A stretch of DNA of 64,000 bases from Octopus vulgaris (taxonomy: Eukaryota): assembly GCA_951406725.2 (NCBI GenBank), contig OX597814.1:135284001-135348000 (forward strand), given 5' to 3'. The translations under genes and the position numbers were made by a program. Positions 24,620 to 36,336 of the stretch are shown piece by piece. The notes under the pieces are model-generated. The model was not told where the DNA came from. It did not search any database and worked only from the letters and a program-made list of their open reading frames with translations. Every line of letters begins with the position of its first letter. Position 1 is the first letter of the stretch.

Positions 24620-24870
24620 CAGCTGTTCTTATAGACAGATTCCTTGGAGCAGAAGTGGCGTCTCCTGGAAATGATAATGTATGGTTTCACATGCCTTACT
24701 ATGGACCAAGTTATGCTGTACTTAATTTTATCCTCCTTCAGTCGCCATACAGTATTGGCCAAAGATGTTGAATGTCTCTTATTGATTGTCTTAAAGCTGG
24801 TGACATGGTTACGATAACGATTCTTTAATGAATGTAAACATATGGCCCTCCCCATGTTTGCACGGTACAT
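24620..24870 (-). pseudogene. Penelope-like GIY-YIG endonuclease fragment
   Basis: LKNRYRNHVTSFK..HSTSLANTVWRLKEDKIKYSITWSIVRHVKPY..RRRHFCSKE matches the PLE endonuclease C-terminal pattern. Confidence 0.75.
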
Positions 24871-25174
24871 TTATATACAAGATTTATACTCATACAGAGT
24901 ACAATGGGCATTTTGATTTTTCTCTGCATGAGCATTTATCATACTTATTTGTATATAAGGCAGTTTGGACTTCATTTTTCAACATTATTATCTTGTTAGC
25001 TGTATCATTTTTAATACTTTTCTTGCTGTATTGCGTGTTCATTTCTTTTTTGCATCTGTGATTTTATTTTTGATCTTCTATGTAAATGAAGATATTTCCT
25101 TCATTTTGCTGCTTTACTTTCTATGAAATTAGAAGATGCATTGCAGAGACTGTTGTGTGGAGTTGTTTCTATTT

Positions 25175-25280
25175 ATCACCCAATGAGACACATCTGCACT
25201 GCTGGATCCTCATGAACCAGTTGTTGAGTGTCCTACCAATGTGGGATCAATGTTAGATGAGTCCAAACAATTGTCGTGAT
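25175..25280 (+). ncRNA. Decayed type I hammerhead (same family as 29522-29604)
   Basis: Reads atcac-CCAATGA-GACacatct..agatgaGTC-CAAA-C-aatt-GTC-gtgat. The stems are kept but both core motifs are mutated. Confidence 0.6.
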
Positions 25281-25469
25281 TAATAATAAATTCTTGTATA
25301 TTCCATCTTCCATTTGCCATATACATAATGGTCACTGTGAAAATGACTGTGCTTTACCAGTAAGCTACCAGGTGTAAACCATTTGTTTTATTATCCAATA
25401 TATATATCATCAACACTATATTCAGGTTATAACATATAACAGGTCAAACTATGAAAACAAAGAACAAAA

Positions 25470-25810
25470 ACTCAAAAGTTTTGTCTACAAGGCAGATGTG
25501 GTGTTGACAAGCATCAAAAGATGCCACACATACATAAATTCATCAGGGTAAAAGAGGACACTTAAAAGCTAGCAGAACAGCTACAAGTTCTCTTTTAGAA
25601 TCCAGGAAGACATAATGCTATGACTTTGGTCAGTTGTATATGGTAATAGTGTATGACATGAGTTGTAGTCTGCTGGAAAAATCCAGGCTGCATCTCAACG
25701 GCAATAGAAGATGCAGGCTCTTCTTGGTGGAGAAAAGGATCATTTTTAAGAAATCACATGATCCAAGTCCTTTCCTGAACTGAAAAAACGGAAGTTTTGT
25801 ATGATGTCCT
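25470..25810 (+). pseudogene. Decayed Penelope-like GIY-YIG fragment
   Basis: Piecewise FVYKADV, SYKFSFR, NAMTLVSCIW and NGNRRCRLFLVEKRII. Confidence 0.5.
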
Positions 25811-26199
25811 CTGGAGCATGCATTGATTTTGGTGAATTTACTAACATTGTTAAGTCTAAGTTTGCACTAGGAAATGATATACACTTCACCTATGGTTACT
25901 CCCATATCCTGTGCTATATATGGTACAACCCTTTTGGGGTTCTCCAACCCTCTCATGTTTTGCCTTCATCATTCATTATCATGTTCATTTTCATTATTTC
26001 TATTATCATTGTTACCATCCTGTGATTTTAACACATCTTTCAAAGCTATGGGTTTTCATTTCCTCTGTTTTCACAGCTTGACATTTAACCTCAATCCATG
26101 GGAAATATCTGTTCCTACATTCTTTCTGTTTTTGCATTAAATTTTTACCAAATTTTTATTCCACTAAAAAATATATACCTAAAACATTTTTTTCATGTA

Positions 26200-27170
26200 A
26201 GCATTGTAGTAACAGACTAAATGACTTTATTGACCTCTTGATATTAAATCCAAGTTTTTGTTCTTTACTGACATAGTTACTACAGATACCAATTGATATA
26301 GTGTTGACTTCCTGGATGTCATTCTAAATCTTTCTGCTTCACTTAGACAATCATTTATCAAAATCAAAGAATCTAAAAACTAGATTCACAAACTGTTTAC
26401 CCACTCCTGACATATAATTAATAATTCAGTTAAGAATATTTTTATAGAATCTCAAGCCTTTCTGTCAATAATCTAATTTTTAATGAAGCTGCACCTCACT
26501 ACAATGAAGCACTTGCTAGGAATATCTTTAAAGAGAATATAATCTACATTAAACCTACCAAATATAACTCTATTACATATATTACTTGTACAAACAATAA
26601 AGATAGAATCAGGAACATTGCGTTGTAATCCTAAGGCAAGTTCCTTTCCCACTAAGTTAGAAAACACTTTTACCTATAGTGCAGATAGTACACTTTTACC
26701 TATAGCATAGATATTTAAATAGAATACCATAAGCTTATTTACTCAACTTTCACAAATTCAAAAAAAGAAACTGTAATTATATACATCTTAATCCTTGCCT
26801 TTAGATTCTAGATGTCAGGATAGTTATATAACTTACCAATAGAATGGTACTACTAATAAATCATTATACACATACATAAGATTAACTTCTACCACATTCA
26901 AATTGTGCTATATGAACTACATGTACACTTTCAGAAATCATTCTAAGAAAATAAACTTTACTCTCTTATTTTATTTGGGAGTTAAAAGTGAAGAATATTC
27001 AATACTCATTCAAATGGAACATATTATCTAGAATTAAGTCATGCTGGTAATAAGAGGACCATGTAATTTATGCATTATAGAAACTATAATCATCTTATTT
27101 CAAAAAGGTAATATCCTATATATAAACACATGAAAAGAAGTTGTCCGGGAACCATATGTTCTTACAAATT
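26200..27170 (+). pseudogene. Heavily decayed Penelope-like RT and endonuclease
   Basis: Piecewise VDFLDVILNL, ISSLSVNNLIFNEAAPHYNEAL, KWNILSR and PCNLCIIE. Confidence 0.6.
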
Positions 27171-27712
27171 TATCTCTACTATAAAGCTTGCACATTGTCA
27201 TACAAGTGACCAGACGTGTATATGAACTCATTACATTCTATCTACTGCATTTTCAAACTGTGCTATTAATTCATGGAAGTCAAAATCCAGTTCTTCTACA
27301 TATTTTACCTGATGTATATTTTTAAAGTTTGTAGCATCTAATTTATTTACATTTTTCTCTCTCTCTGTCATTCTGTATGTGTGTGTATGTGTGAGAGAGA
27401 CTGTGCATGTTTATATGTACACACACATGTGTATGTGTGTGTGTGTGTATGTATATATGTGTGTGTATGTGTGTATGTATGTATATATGTATGCATGCAT
27501 AAATATATATATATGATTGTATGTGTCCTGATTGCCCTGAGAATTAATAGGAATATAAAGACCATACATGCATCAGTTTCACTAAGTGTCCCATTAAGCA
27601 AAATAAATAATAGTGTTTATATTTATGCTGTGGCATTTATAATTTCAAACTACATCGGTCTTCAGTCTTACAGCTGCATGCATGTACATATATATATATA
27701 TATATATATGTA

Positions 27713-28241
27713 TCTTATAAATTTGAGTGATGTTTCTCTGTCCATTACATTCTTTTCTGTTCGTTAACTCCTCCGAGACCATTGGTGCAAGGACAATGAA
27801 ACTCAAACCAGCAACTCCCCTAATCCCAGGGAATGTCTAAGGGGGTCTATTTTTTTAAGGTCCACCTAAATGGGGCCCCACCAAATCCCTATTTTTACTG
27901 CATTTCAAACTAAATACATGGCATTGGCAACCAAATCAGAGCAATACCAATGCATTTCATACCATGAACTCCCAAGGAGTATCATAACGATGTTCAATTT
28001 CTGCAGGACCACTAATATGGGGCCCCCACTGACACAATTATTTTTACTGCATTTACCTTGCTCCTACACTTATTTATTAAACTATAATCAGCATCAGTGC
28101 GCAGTACATTTGCAGAAATAAGTTTGGGCATTCTAAATACCTTCACGTACATTCAAATCAAGATAAAGATTTATATCAGGTATGTTTCAAGTGTGGTAGT
28201 GTGGATATTTATATTTTGTAGTTTATAAAACTTATGTCTAG
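27713..28241 (+). mobile_element. Possible non-autonomous Helitron
   Basis: Starts A|TCttataaatttgagtg and ends CTAG|T, between (TA)n tracts. No clear 3' hairpin. Confidence 0.4.
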
Positions 28242-28311
<70 letters not shown>

Positions 28312-28347
28312 TGAATTATCTATAACCTTATGTATATGTATATTTAG

Positions 28348-28378
<31 letters not shown>

Positions 28379-28405
28379 TGAATTATCTATAATCTTATGT
28401 ATATG

Positions 28406-28453
<48 letters not shown>

Positions 28454-28510
28454 ATGTGTGTGTATTTTGTTTCATATTTATATTTATATTTTTATGATTG
28501 TACTTTATAA

Positions 28511-28632
28511 TCTCTGACGAGGCCTTGAGATATATATAAGTACCTCATTTTCAACTGCCTATTACCTCAATACATTTGACTAATATAGGCAGAATGAGAT
28601 GCTTTTATCTATGGGCTGAAACAGCTGTAAGG
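28511..28632 (+). ncRNA. Type I hammerhead motif with a long stem II insertion
   Basis: Reads tct-CTGACGA-GGCCT..(87 nt)..GGGCT-GAAA-C-agct-GTA-agg. It lies within a ~520-bp segment bounded by (TA)n on both sides. Confidence 0.65.
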
Positions 28633-28969
28633 AGCAGTTTATTTGTATTATTCTTATGGTATTATTAATTTGCATATTGATGTATATTGTTTTGTTCGAT
28701 TTTCATGCTCGTATTTATATAATTAATAAATAATATGAAATGGTAATATCTGTAAGTTGATGATTGAAATTAATTTGTTCCTCCATTTTCTTATTTGTAT
28801 TATGAATTTACGGTAAAATATTTTACCTTCACCCACCCAATACAATAAATGAATTAATTGCATTGCAATTATAAGCATTTATGTATTTAGTTTTTGGATG
28901 CTTCACCAGCAGTATATTGGATAACTGATATCCCATAGTGGGTTACCCTCATAACCCCTATCTTACTTT

Positions 28970-29015
<46 letters not shown>

Positions 29016-29016
<1 letters not shown>

Positions 29017-29652
29017 ACTAACAAAAAGATACTTAATAGAATTTCTGAAAGACTATCGAGATGCCTACACGCATATAAATGTACTTTTGCACGATGCAGT
29101 GAGAATGAATTTTGAGTAACCGTTAAATTAGTGTAATTTTATTTTATTTTACCTTAAGGTATGGTTGACTTAAATTTACTTTAATCCTTCTAAACACCTA
29201 CTAAATATCTTACTCACTTTGTTATCATGAGTGCACCTAACCTGATGTTTACGTATGCTTACATTTTGCTAATGCTTGTATGAGCGTGTGTACTCATGCC
29301 ATGCAGCTTGCCCGAGGGTGTTTATACATGCATATCTGTTAATGGTTATTTTCAATATTATTCTCACTGGATTAAGTGTTCGTTTCTCTTTTTCTCACCT
29401 GCAATTTTATTTTTGGATCTCCAATATATGAAGAATTCTCCTCCGCCGGGCTGTTTTTCTCTCTACAAAATGGAAAGTTGCATTATGGAACAGTCATTTT
29501 AATGAGTTTTTTCATTTATTTATCACCTGACGAGATACATCTGCACCACCAGATACTCCTGAAGTGGGAGTTGGTGCTAGATGTGTTGAAACAATTGTTG
29601 TGATTAATAATATATTCTCATATATTCCATCTTCTGTCTTTTATTTATTATA
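29016..29652 (+). mobile_element. 5'-truncated Penelope-like element 3' end (ORF tail plus terminal region with a hammerhead)
   Basis: Begins with KKILNRISERLSRCLHAYK (PLE C-terminal LN...E..S.C.H..K), contains the hammerhead at 29522-29604, and is flanked by (TA)n. Confidence 0.7.
29522..29604 (+). ncRNA. Type I hammerhead ribozyme, intact core
   Basis: Reads atcac-CTGACGA-GATACATCT-gcacca..tggtgct-AGATGTGTT-GAAA-C-aatt-GTT-gtgat: a 5-bp stem I, a 9-bp extended stem II and a palindromic stem III. Confidence 0.85.
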
Positions 29653-29775
29653 TGTATATATATATATATATATATTGGTAAAAACGGTAAAATGACAAAA
29701 GAAAGAGACCTCAATATTATGTAAATAGAGGAATTTATCTGTAAATATAATATGTGACAATTATTCGGTAGCCAA

Positions 29776-29836
29776 GATAAAACTCTGAGTTTCAGATGCC
29801 GAGGTGGAAATCCACACCACCATCTCTTCAGTTATC
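29776..29836 (-). ncRNA. Type I hammerhead ribozyme, intact core
   Basis: The minus strand reads gataa-CTGAAGA-GATG-gtggtgtggatttccacctcgg-CATC-T-GAAA-C-tcaga-GTT-ttatc. Confidence 0.8.
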
Positions 29837-30003
29837 TGGCCATCGGAAAAACCTGTAATAGGCATCCATATTGAATTCTTCGGTGTGGTAGAGTCATCAA
29901 CCTATGTCAGGCAATTATCTAAAATAAGTTGTATTAGCTCTTAGTGAAGAATAGCGGTGTTCAGGAGGTAATTTATTGGTAAAAACGGTTTTTCCGATGG
30001 CCG

Positions 30004-30064
30004 GATAACTGAAGAGATGGTGGTGTGGATTTTCACCTTGGCATCTGAAACTCAGAGTTTTATC
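30004..30064 (+). ncRNA. Type I hammerhead ribozyme, intact core
   Basis: Reads gataa-CTGAAGA-GATG..CATC-T-GAAA-C-tcaga-GTT-ttatc. Confidence 0.8.
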
Positions 30065-30541
30065 TTGGCTACCGAATAATTGTCACATTTTATATGTACA
30101 GATATATATATATATATACTTGCAGCTAAGTCAGGTTTCACCCAGTTGGTTTGGATGATGTGATTGTAAGACCTGCTCTCTGTAAGCATTTGACTTGTGT
30201 GGGCACGATTACATTAAAAACAATTTTTGAATCGCTTTTTTCTCTCAATACACTATAAAGAAAGAAAAAAACAACCAAGATTCAACCAAATCAAAAAATA
30301 GACTGAAACACTAAGTGAACAAAGATGAACCCCACTTCCATTGTGCACACACACACACACACACACAGGCACACACACAGGCACACACACACAGGCACAC
30401 ACACACACAGGCACACACACACAGGCACACACACACACACACACATTCACATACCCCCCTTTTACATACACACATATTTACACATGGTTGAAATGCTGTT
30501 TGATTTTTTCATTGTACAATTTTCATCATCCCACCACCAAA

Positions 30542-30770
30542 TATGATATCATTCCTTCCTTCCTTATTCATCTATCACCCCTTCCTTTCTCATTCATAAA
30601 CACAAGAGTATTATTATTGTAGATTATCTTGGAAATGTGGGAGCTATGAAAAAATATGACATCACCCCTTCCTTCCTTATTCATCTATCACCTCTTCATT
30701 TCTTATTCATAAACACAAGAGTATTATTATACTAGATTATCTTGGTAACCATGGGAACTATAAAAAAAAT
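30542..30770. repeat. Diverged ~113-bp tandem duplication
   Basis: tatga.atca..ccttccttccttattcatctatcacc..cataaacacaagagtattattat..tagattatcttgg occurs twice. Confidence 0.85.
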
Positions 30771-31109
30771 AAAAAGCCCAGTATCACCACCAGATCATTC
30801 TACACATCTGTGAAGTTTTTCACCTATGAGTGGATTTGGTAGATGGAAATGTATATATATATGTGTGTGTGTGTATATGTTTGTGTTTCTGTGTTTGTCC
30901 CTCCAACATCACTTGACCTGGTCCTGGTGTGTTTACGTCCCCGTAACCTAGGTGTTTGGCAAAAGAGACCGATAGAATAAGTACTAGGCTTACAAAGAAT
31001 AAGTCCTAGGGTCGATTTGCTCGACTAAAGGCGGTAATCCAGCATGGCCACAGTCAAATGACTGAAACAAGGAAAAGAGTAACAGATTATATGTATACAT
31101 ATATATATG

Positions 31110-31153
<44 letters not shown>

Positions 31154-31278
31154 TATACGTATGCATATATGTATATATATATATGTATACATATATGTAT
31201 ATGTATAGATACATATATCTAAATATATAGATATATATCTACATATATATATCAATATATATTATATATGTACTAAGA

Positions 31279-31580
31279 TTTTGCGTAATGAGATAAACAA
31301 CCAAGGCTGTATAGATATCAGAACATTTATAGATAGAAGGTCTTACAGCAGTTTCTAGGATATTAATTAATAATATCCCTTCATTGGAGACGGTGTGAGA
31401 GGAAAAATTATTTCATAGTTTCGATGTGATATAAATAGAGAGTGAGACTTAATTTTTCCTCTCACACCATCTCTGATGAAGGGATATTATTAATCAATAT
31501 CCTAGAACAGCTGTAAGACCTTCTATCTATAAATGCTCTAATATCTATACAGCCTTGGTTGTTTATCTCATTCCGCAAAA
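31279..31580. repeat. Inverted repeat with ~131-bp arms (31279-31410 and 31450-31580), each with a damaged hammerhead
   Basis: The arm consensus is gtct-CTGATGA-A-GGGATATT..AATATCCT-A-GAAA-C-agct-GTA-agac. Copies: 31469-31519(+) and 31340-31391(-). Confidence 0.88.
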
Positions 31581-31745
31581 AATTCGTATATATACATGCT
31601 GACATAGAACCAACGTTGAACCCTTTATTCACAATATTACCGAATCTGGAACTTAACTATGGTCTGTCTATAGCACTTATTCAGCGTTACCTGACACATT
31701 TGGGTCTTATAACTTCAATTTATATATTATATATGTATATATATG

Positions 31746-31783
<38 letters not shown>

Positions 31784-31858
31784 CATACATATATGTATAC
31801 GTATACATATATATATGTATATGTATACATATATATATATATGTACATATAAATATGT

Positions 31859-31898
<40 letters not shown>

Positions 31899-31965
31899 GT
31901 ATGTATACATACATTTATATATCTATATATATGTATACATACACACACACACACACACACACACA

Positions 31966-32002
<37 letters not shown>

Positions 32003-32539
32003 GTATATCTACTTCAGCAGTTCCCGTCCTACCCACGGATTACACTGGACTCTTCCTTTGATGAGAAAAAACTCCAGTACACCAAGAACCTCTTGAACTT
32101 TTCTAAACTTTTTTATACTTTCTGCTTTTTCTTATTGTTGTTTCTTTGAATCCACACTTGTTACCTTACCTGTCTCTCCCTTTCTCTTCTTCCTTTCTTC
32201 CACTTTGTCTTTGTTTCTTCCTTCTTCCTCCTTCTTTTTCTGCCTGTTTTTATTTTTTCTTCTCCTCTTCTTGTATTTTTTTCTCCTCACAGCTTTTGTA
32301 TTTTTTCTCCCCACATGTTTTGAATTTTTCCTCCTCACGTCTTTATTGCCTTCTATCTTCCCACTCTTTTTTCCTTTTTTCTTTTTTCTCCTTTCTCTCT
32401 CTTTTCTTCTCGTTTTTCAGTCATTCCCGATTACAAACCTTTCCTCCTCCACCTTCACCACCACCTAGAAAAACACCTTTCCACATTTACTTTCCACTGT
32501 TTTCAACCTTCTATTAACCTTTCCCTACTAATTTTCAAA

Positions 32540-33400
32540 ACAACACTCTTCTGCAGTCACCTTTTGTTTCTCAGTTACTGCCTTCATCACTGCCTCATCC
32601 CTAAATGTTTCTGTCTCCTTTTCCACTCCACTCTGCTTCAACCATCCTACCCATAATCCACACTACATCCTACCATCTTATGCGCGCCACCATTCGTTCT
32701 AATCGCTCCAAAATACACTGGCTTTTTCCATCTTCTCCTCTCAGGTGCTCTCCCTTGCTAACACTACTTTACATTACATAATTCATTTAAATCATCTCTT
32801 TCATCAATTTCTCGCTCACACCAAACAATGTAAACTCCACTCAGTCCTCCATTCCATCACACCCGATGCCACTACTGCAACTCCTTCCACACCCCTCTCC
32901 CCTGATATGCTCCCTCCACCCTCACCAACTCGCATTCCTCCCAACCCTCACCCACATATGCCTCATTCCCTCTCTCCCAGCCTTCCACATACTCCTCATC
33001 CCCTCCCTTCCAGCCTTTCACCCCCACCACCCCTCCTACTTCTGTCCCATCCACCTTTCTTCACTTCATTCTGTTGTTACCATTCCTCCAGATCTTCCCC
33101 TCTCTGAGGCGGAGTGCTCCCTCCTCAGTAGGGGTCTGCACGTCATAACCCTCACTCCATCCAGCAATGAATTTTGGACTTGTGCTGATATCCACAGCTT
33201 TGTGCGCAATGTTAGGTTGTGTGCGCTTTTCTGTGACACTCCACCTGCATCTAATGAGGAGGTCTGCTTTACTGACCTGGGCTGCCACCAATCCCAGTGG
33301 ACACTAGCTCCTGGCCAGTTCCAAGCAGTCAATCTTTTTGCGGATGCCTGCCATCGCGCTGTGAACCGGTTTAACTTTTGACGACAAAAAACAGTCCTCC
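32540..33400 (+). pseudogene. Penelope-like ORF N-terminal fragment
   Basis: VVTIPPDLPLSEAECSLLSRGLHVITLTPSSNEF..DIHSFVRNVRLCALF fits the LS..E.S.LS.GL.F.P..D...F.R..RL segment upstream of PLE RT. Confidence 0.6.
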
Positions 33401-33764
33401 ATACTCTACCAACATACAAAGGACCAACATGGAGGTAACCTGGATCAACTTGACATCCACATCTTATCCATGCACCCAAAAGACCTAACACTGAGACAAA
33501 TATGGGATTACATGAAACTTCTCATATACTAAATGGGAAATATACATAGAAGATATCATACACCCATACCCACAGTTTACACAGATAGAGTAGAATAGTT
33601 AGTGGGCTGTTATGTAAACAGATGTATGTGTGTGTGTGTGTGTGTGTATGTATATACATATATATATATATATAATAATATTAGGGAGTAAATCCAAACT
33701 TACAGGGAAAAATTAGATTTAGGATTAAATCTAATTTTATAGTATAAATATATATTATATTAAA

Positions 33765-34625
33765 TTAGAGATAAAACCACTACTAGGCAAATCAAACAGT
33801 GAAAATCATAAGCTAATACATAGAAAAAAATTAATTAAAAAATATATAAAAAATATAAAATATAAAAATCCAATTAAAATATTTAAATTAAAGTTAAAAT
33901 TTTAAAAAATTATTTAAATTAATAATTTAAACTTATAAATTATAAATATATATATATATTTTTTTATTATTATTTTATTTAATTATTTATTTTTAAAAAT
34001 ATTTTTTATATTTTTATATTTATTTATTTATTTATTTATATTTTTATAAACTATCAAAAAGTATTAAAAGTTTAATAAGATAAAGAGTAAAAACACTACG
34101 ATCGTTTCATGCCTGTAACCAATTCGAATAACAATAATTTAAATTCAATTAATAATTCGAATTATTAATTGAATTTAAATTATTGTTATTCGAATTGGTT
34201 ACAGGCATGAAACGATCATAGTGTTTTTACTCTTTATCTTATTAAACTTTTAATACTTTTTGATAGTTTATAAAAATATAAATAAATAAATAAATAAATA
34301 AATATAAAAATATAAGAAATATTTAAAAAATAAATAAATAAAAATAAAATTAAAAAAGTAATAATAAATAAATAAATAAATAAAAAATATTTAAAAAAAT
34401 AAATAATTAAATAAAATAATAATAAAAATATATATTTATAATTTATAAGTTTAAATTATTAATTTAAATAATTTTTAAAAATTTTAACTTTAATTTAAAT
34501 ATTTTAATTGGATTTTTATATTTTATACTTTATATTTTTTATATATTTTTTAATTAATTTTTTTTCTATGTATTGGCTTATGATTTTCACTGTTTGATTT
34601 GCCTAGTAGTGGTTTTATCTCTAAA
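33765..34625. repeat. Spacerless AT-rich palindrome, ~860 bp, centred at 34158/34159
   Basis: The centre is aataattc|gaattatt. The arms match out to ttagagataaaaccactactaggcaaatc / gatttgcctagtagtggttttatctctaa. The right arm has an extra ~70-bp local duplication. Confidence 0.92.
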
Positions 34626-34935
34626 TTAACATAATATATATATATATATATATATATGTTGATAGATGTATGTATGTATGTGTGGATGGGTGTATGAATA
34701 TATATATGTATACATGTAGATACAACAGGAGACAACTGATGAAAGGATAGTTCTTTATGTTGCCTGTCTCGTTTCTCTATTTGTTTCTTTCGTTGTCCGA
34801 AAATAAGTTCGTTTTCCTTGCTTTTGTTCTTTTATGTTCTTGTTTTTAATTTTGTTCATGTTTTTTGACACCTTGTACCCATATATATACATATATACAT
34901 ATATACATAAGTATGTACATATATGTATTTATATA

Positions 34936-34969
<34 letters not shown>

Positions 34970-34988
34970 ATATTTTGTATATATAAGT

Positions 34989-35091
<103 letters not shown>

Positions 35092-35115
35092 CATATGTAC
35101 ACATATATATATATG

Positions 35116-35152
<37 letters not shown>

Positions 35153-35414
35153 GTATGTGTACATATATATATGTATATGTATACATATGTATATATATGT
35201 GTACATATATATGTGTGCATATGTATACATATATATACATATGCATATGTATACATATATATACATCATCATTATCATCATCATCGTTTAACGTCTGCTT
35301 TCCATGCTAGCATGGGTTAGTTGATTTGACTGAAGACTGGCGAACCACATGGCTGTGCCAGGCTCCAATCCGATCTGGCAGAGTTTCTACAGCTGGATGC
35401 CCTTCCTAACGCCG

Positions 35415-35448
<34 letters not shown>

Positions 35449-35897
35449 CTCATACATATATAAATGGAACAAAAACACAACAGAGGGCATTAAAACGTTC
35501 GGACAGATAGCCGATACATAGGCAGACAAGAGAAACAACAATTAGAAGGACAGGCAAAGAAAGATGGGTCATTCTTGGGTTTCTTTCATCAGTCAAATCC
35601 TAGAAGTCACGACCATTTAGGGCAGTTAAACTTGTTATGGTTCTATCTGGTTGCCCCTTCCCCAAAAGTCTAAGCAAAGAGCATTAGACCCTTTTGTTAG
35701 AAAGCTATCAAATGTGTACGGTAACAAAAGCAAAAAAACAAATAAACAACAAGCGGAGAACACAGTATACAATTACGAATACAAACAATAAGAAATAACA
35801 ATAGGCATCTTTCAACTGAGAATGAATCAAATTGAGCTTGATGTGTATGGAGTGAAATCCCAAAGGCAGGAACATGGGAGATGGACACAGGAGGTGT

Positions 35898-35939
<42 letters not shown>

Positions 35940-35943
<4 letters not shown>

Positions 35944-36248
35944 TGTGATCACCGTGACCGACAAAGCTATCAGATGTAGCTACACATCGCTGGTCACAAT
36001 GCGCTTCGCATTGGTTTAGCCTTCAAATGACACCATCCCACTGGATAAGTGACCAGGCCAACAGAAGAATGAGTGAGAGAAAGTTGTGGCGAAAGAGTAC
36101 AGCAGGGATTGTCACCACTCCCTGCCGGAGCCTTGTGGAGATTTGGGTGTTTTCATTCAATAAACACTCACAACACCCAATCTGGGAATCGAAATCGTGA
36201 TCTTATGACCATGAGTCTGCTGGCCTAAACACTGGGCCATTGCACCTT
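35940..36248 (-). mobile_element. tRNA-derived SINE (further family)
   Basis: The minus-strand head aggtgcaatggcccagtgtttagg..gatttcgattccc carries A/B boxes. Microsatellites flank it. Confidence 0.7.
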
Positions 36249-36285
<37 letters not shown>

Positions 36286-36336
36286 GTATACACACACACA
36301 CATACATATATATACACACACACACACACATATATA

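Larger units (their letters stand above)
29736..30104. repeat. Inverted repeat with 118-bp arms (29736-29853 and 29987-30104)
   Basis: Five mismatches by manual comparison. Each arm carries a hammerhead. Confidence 0.92.
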
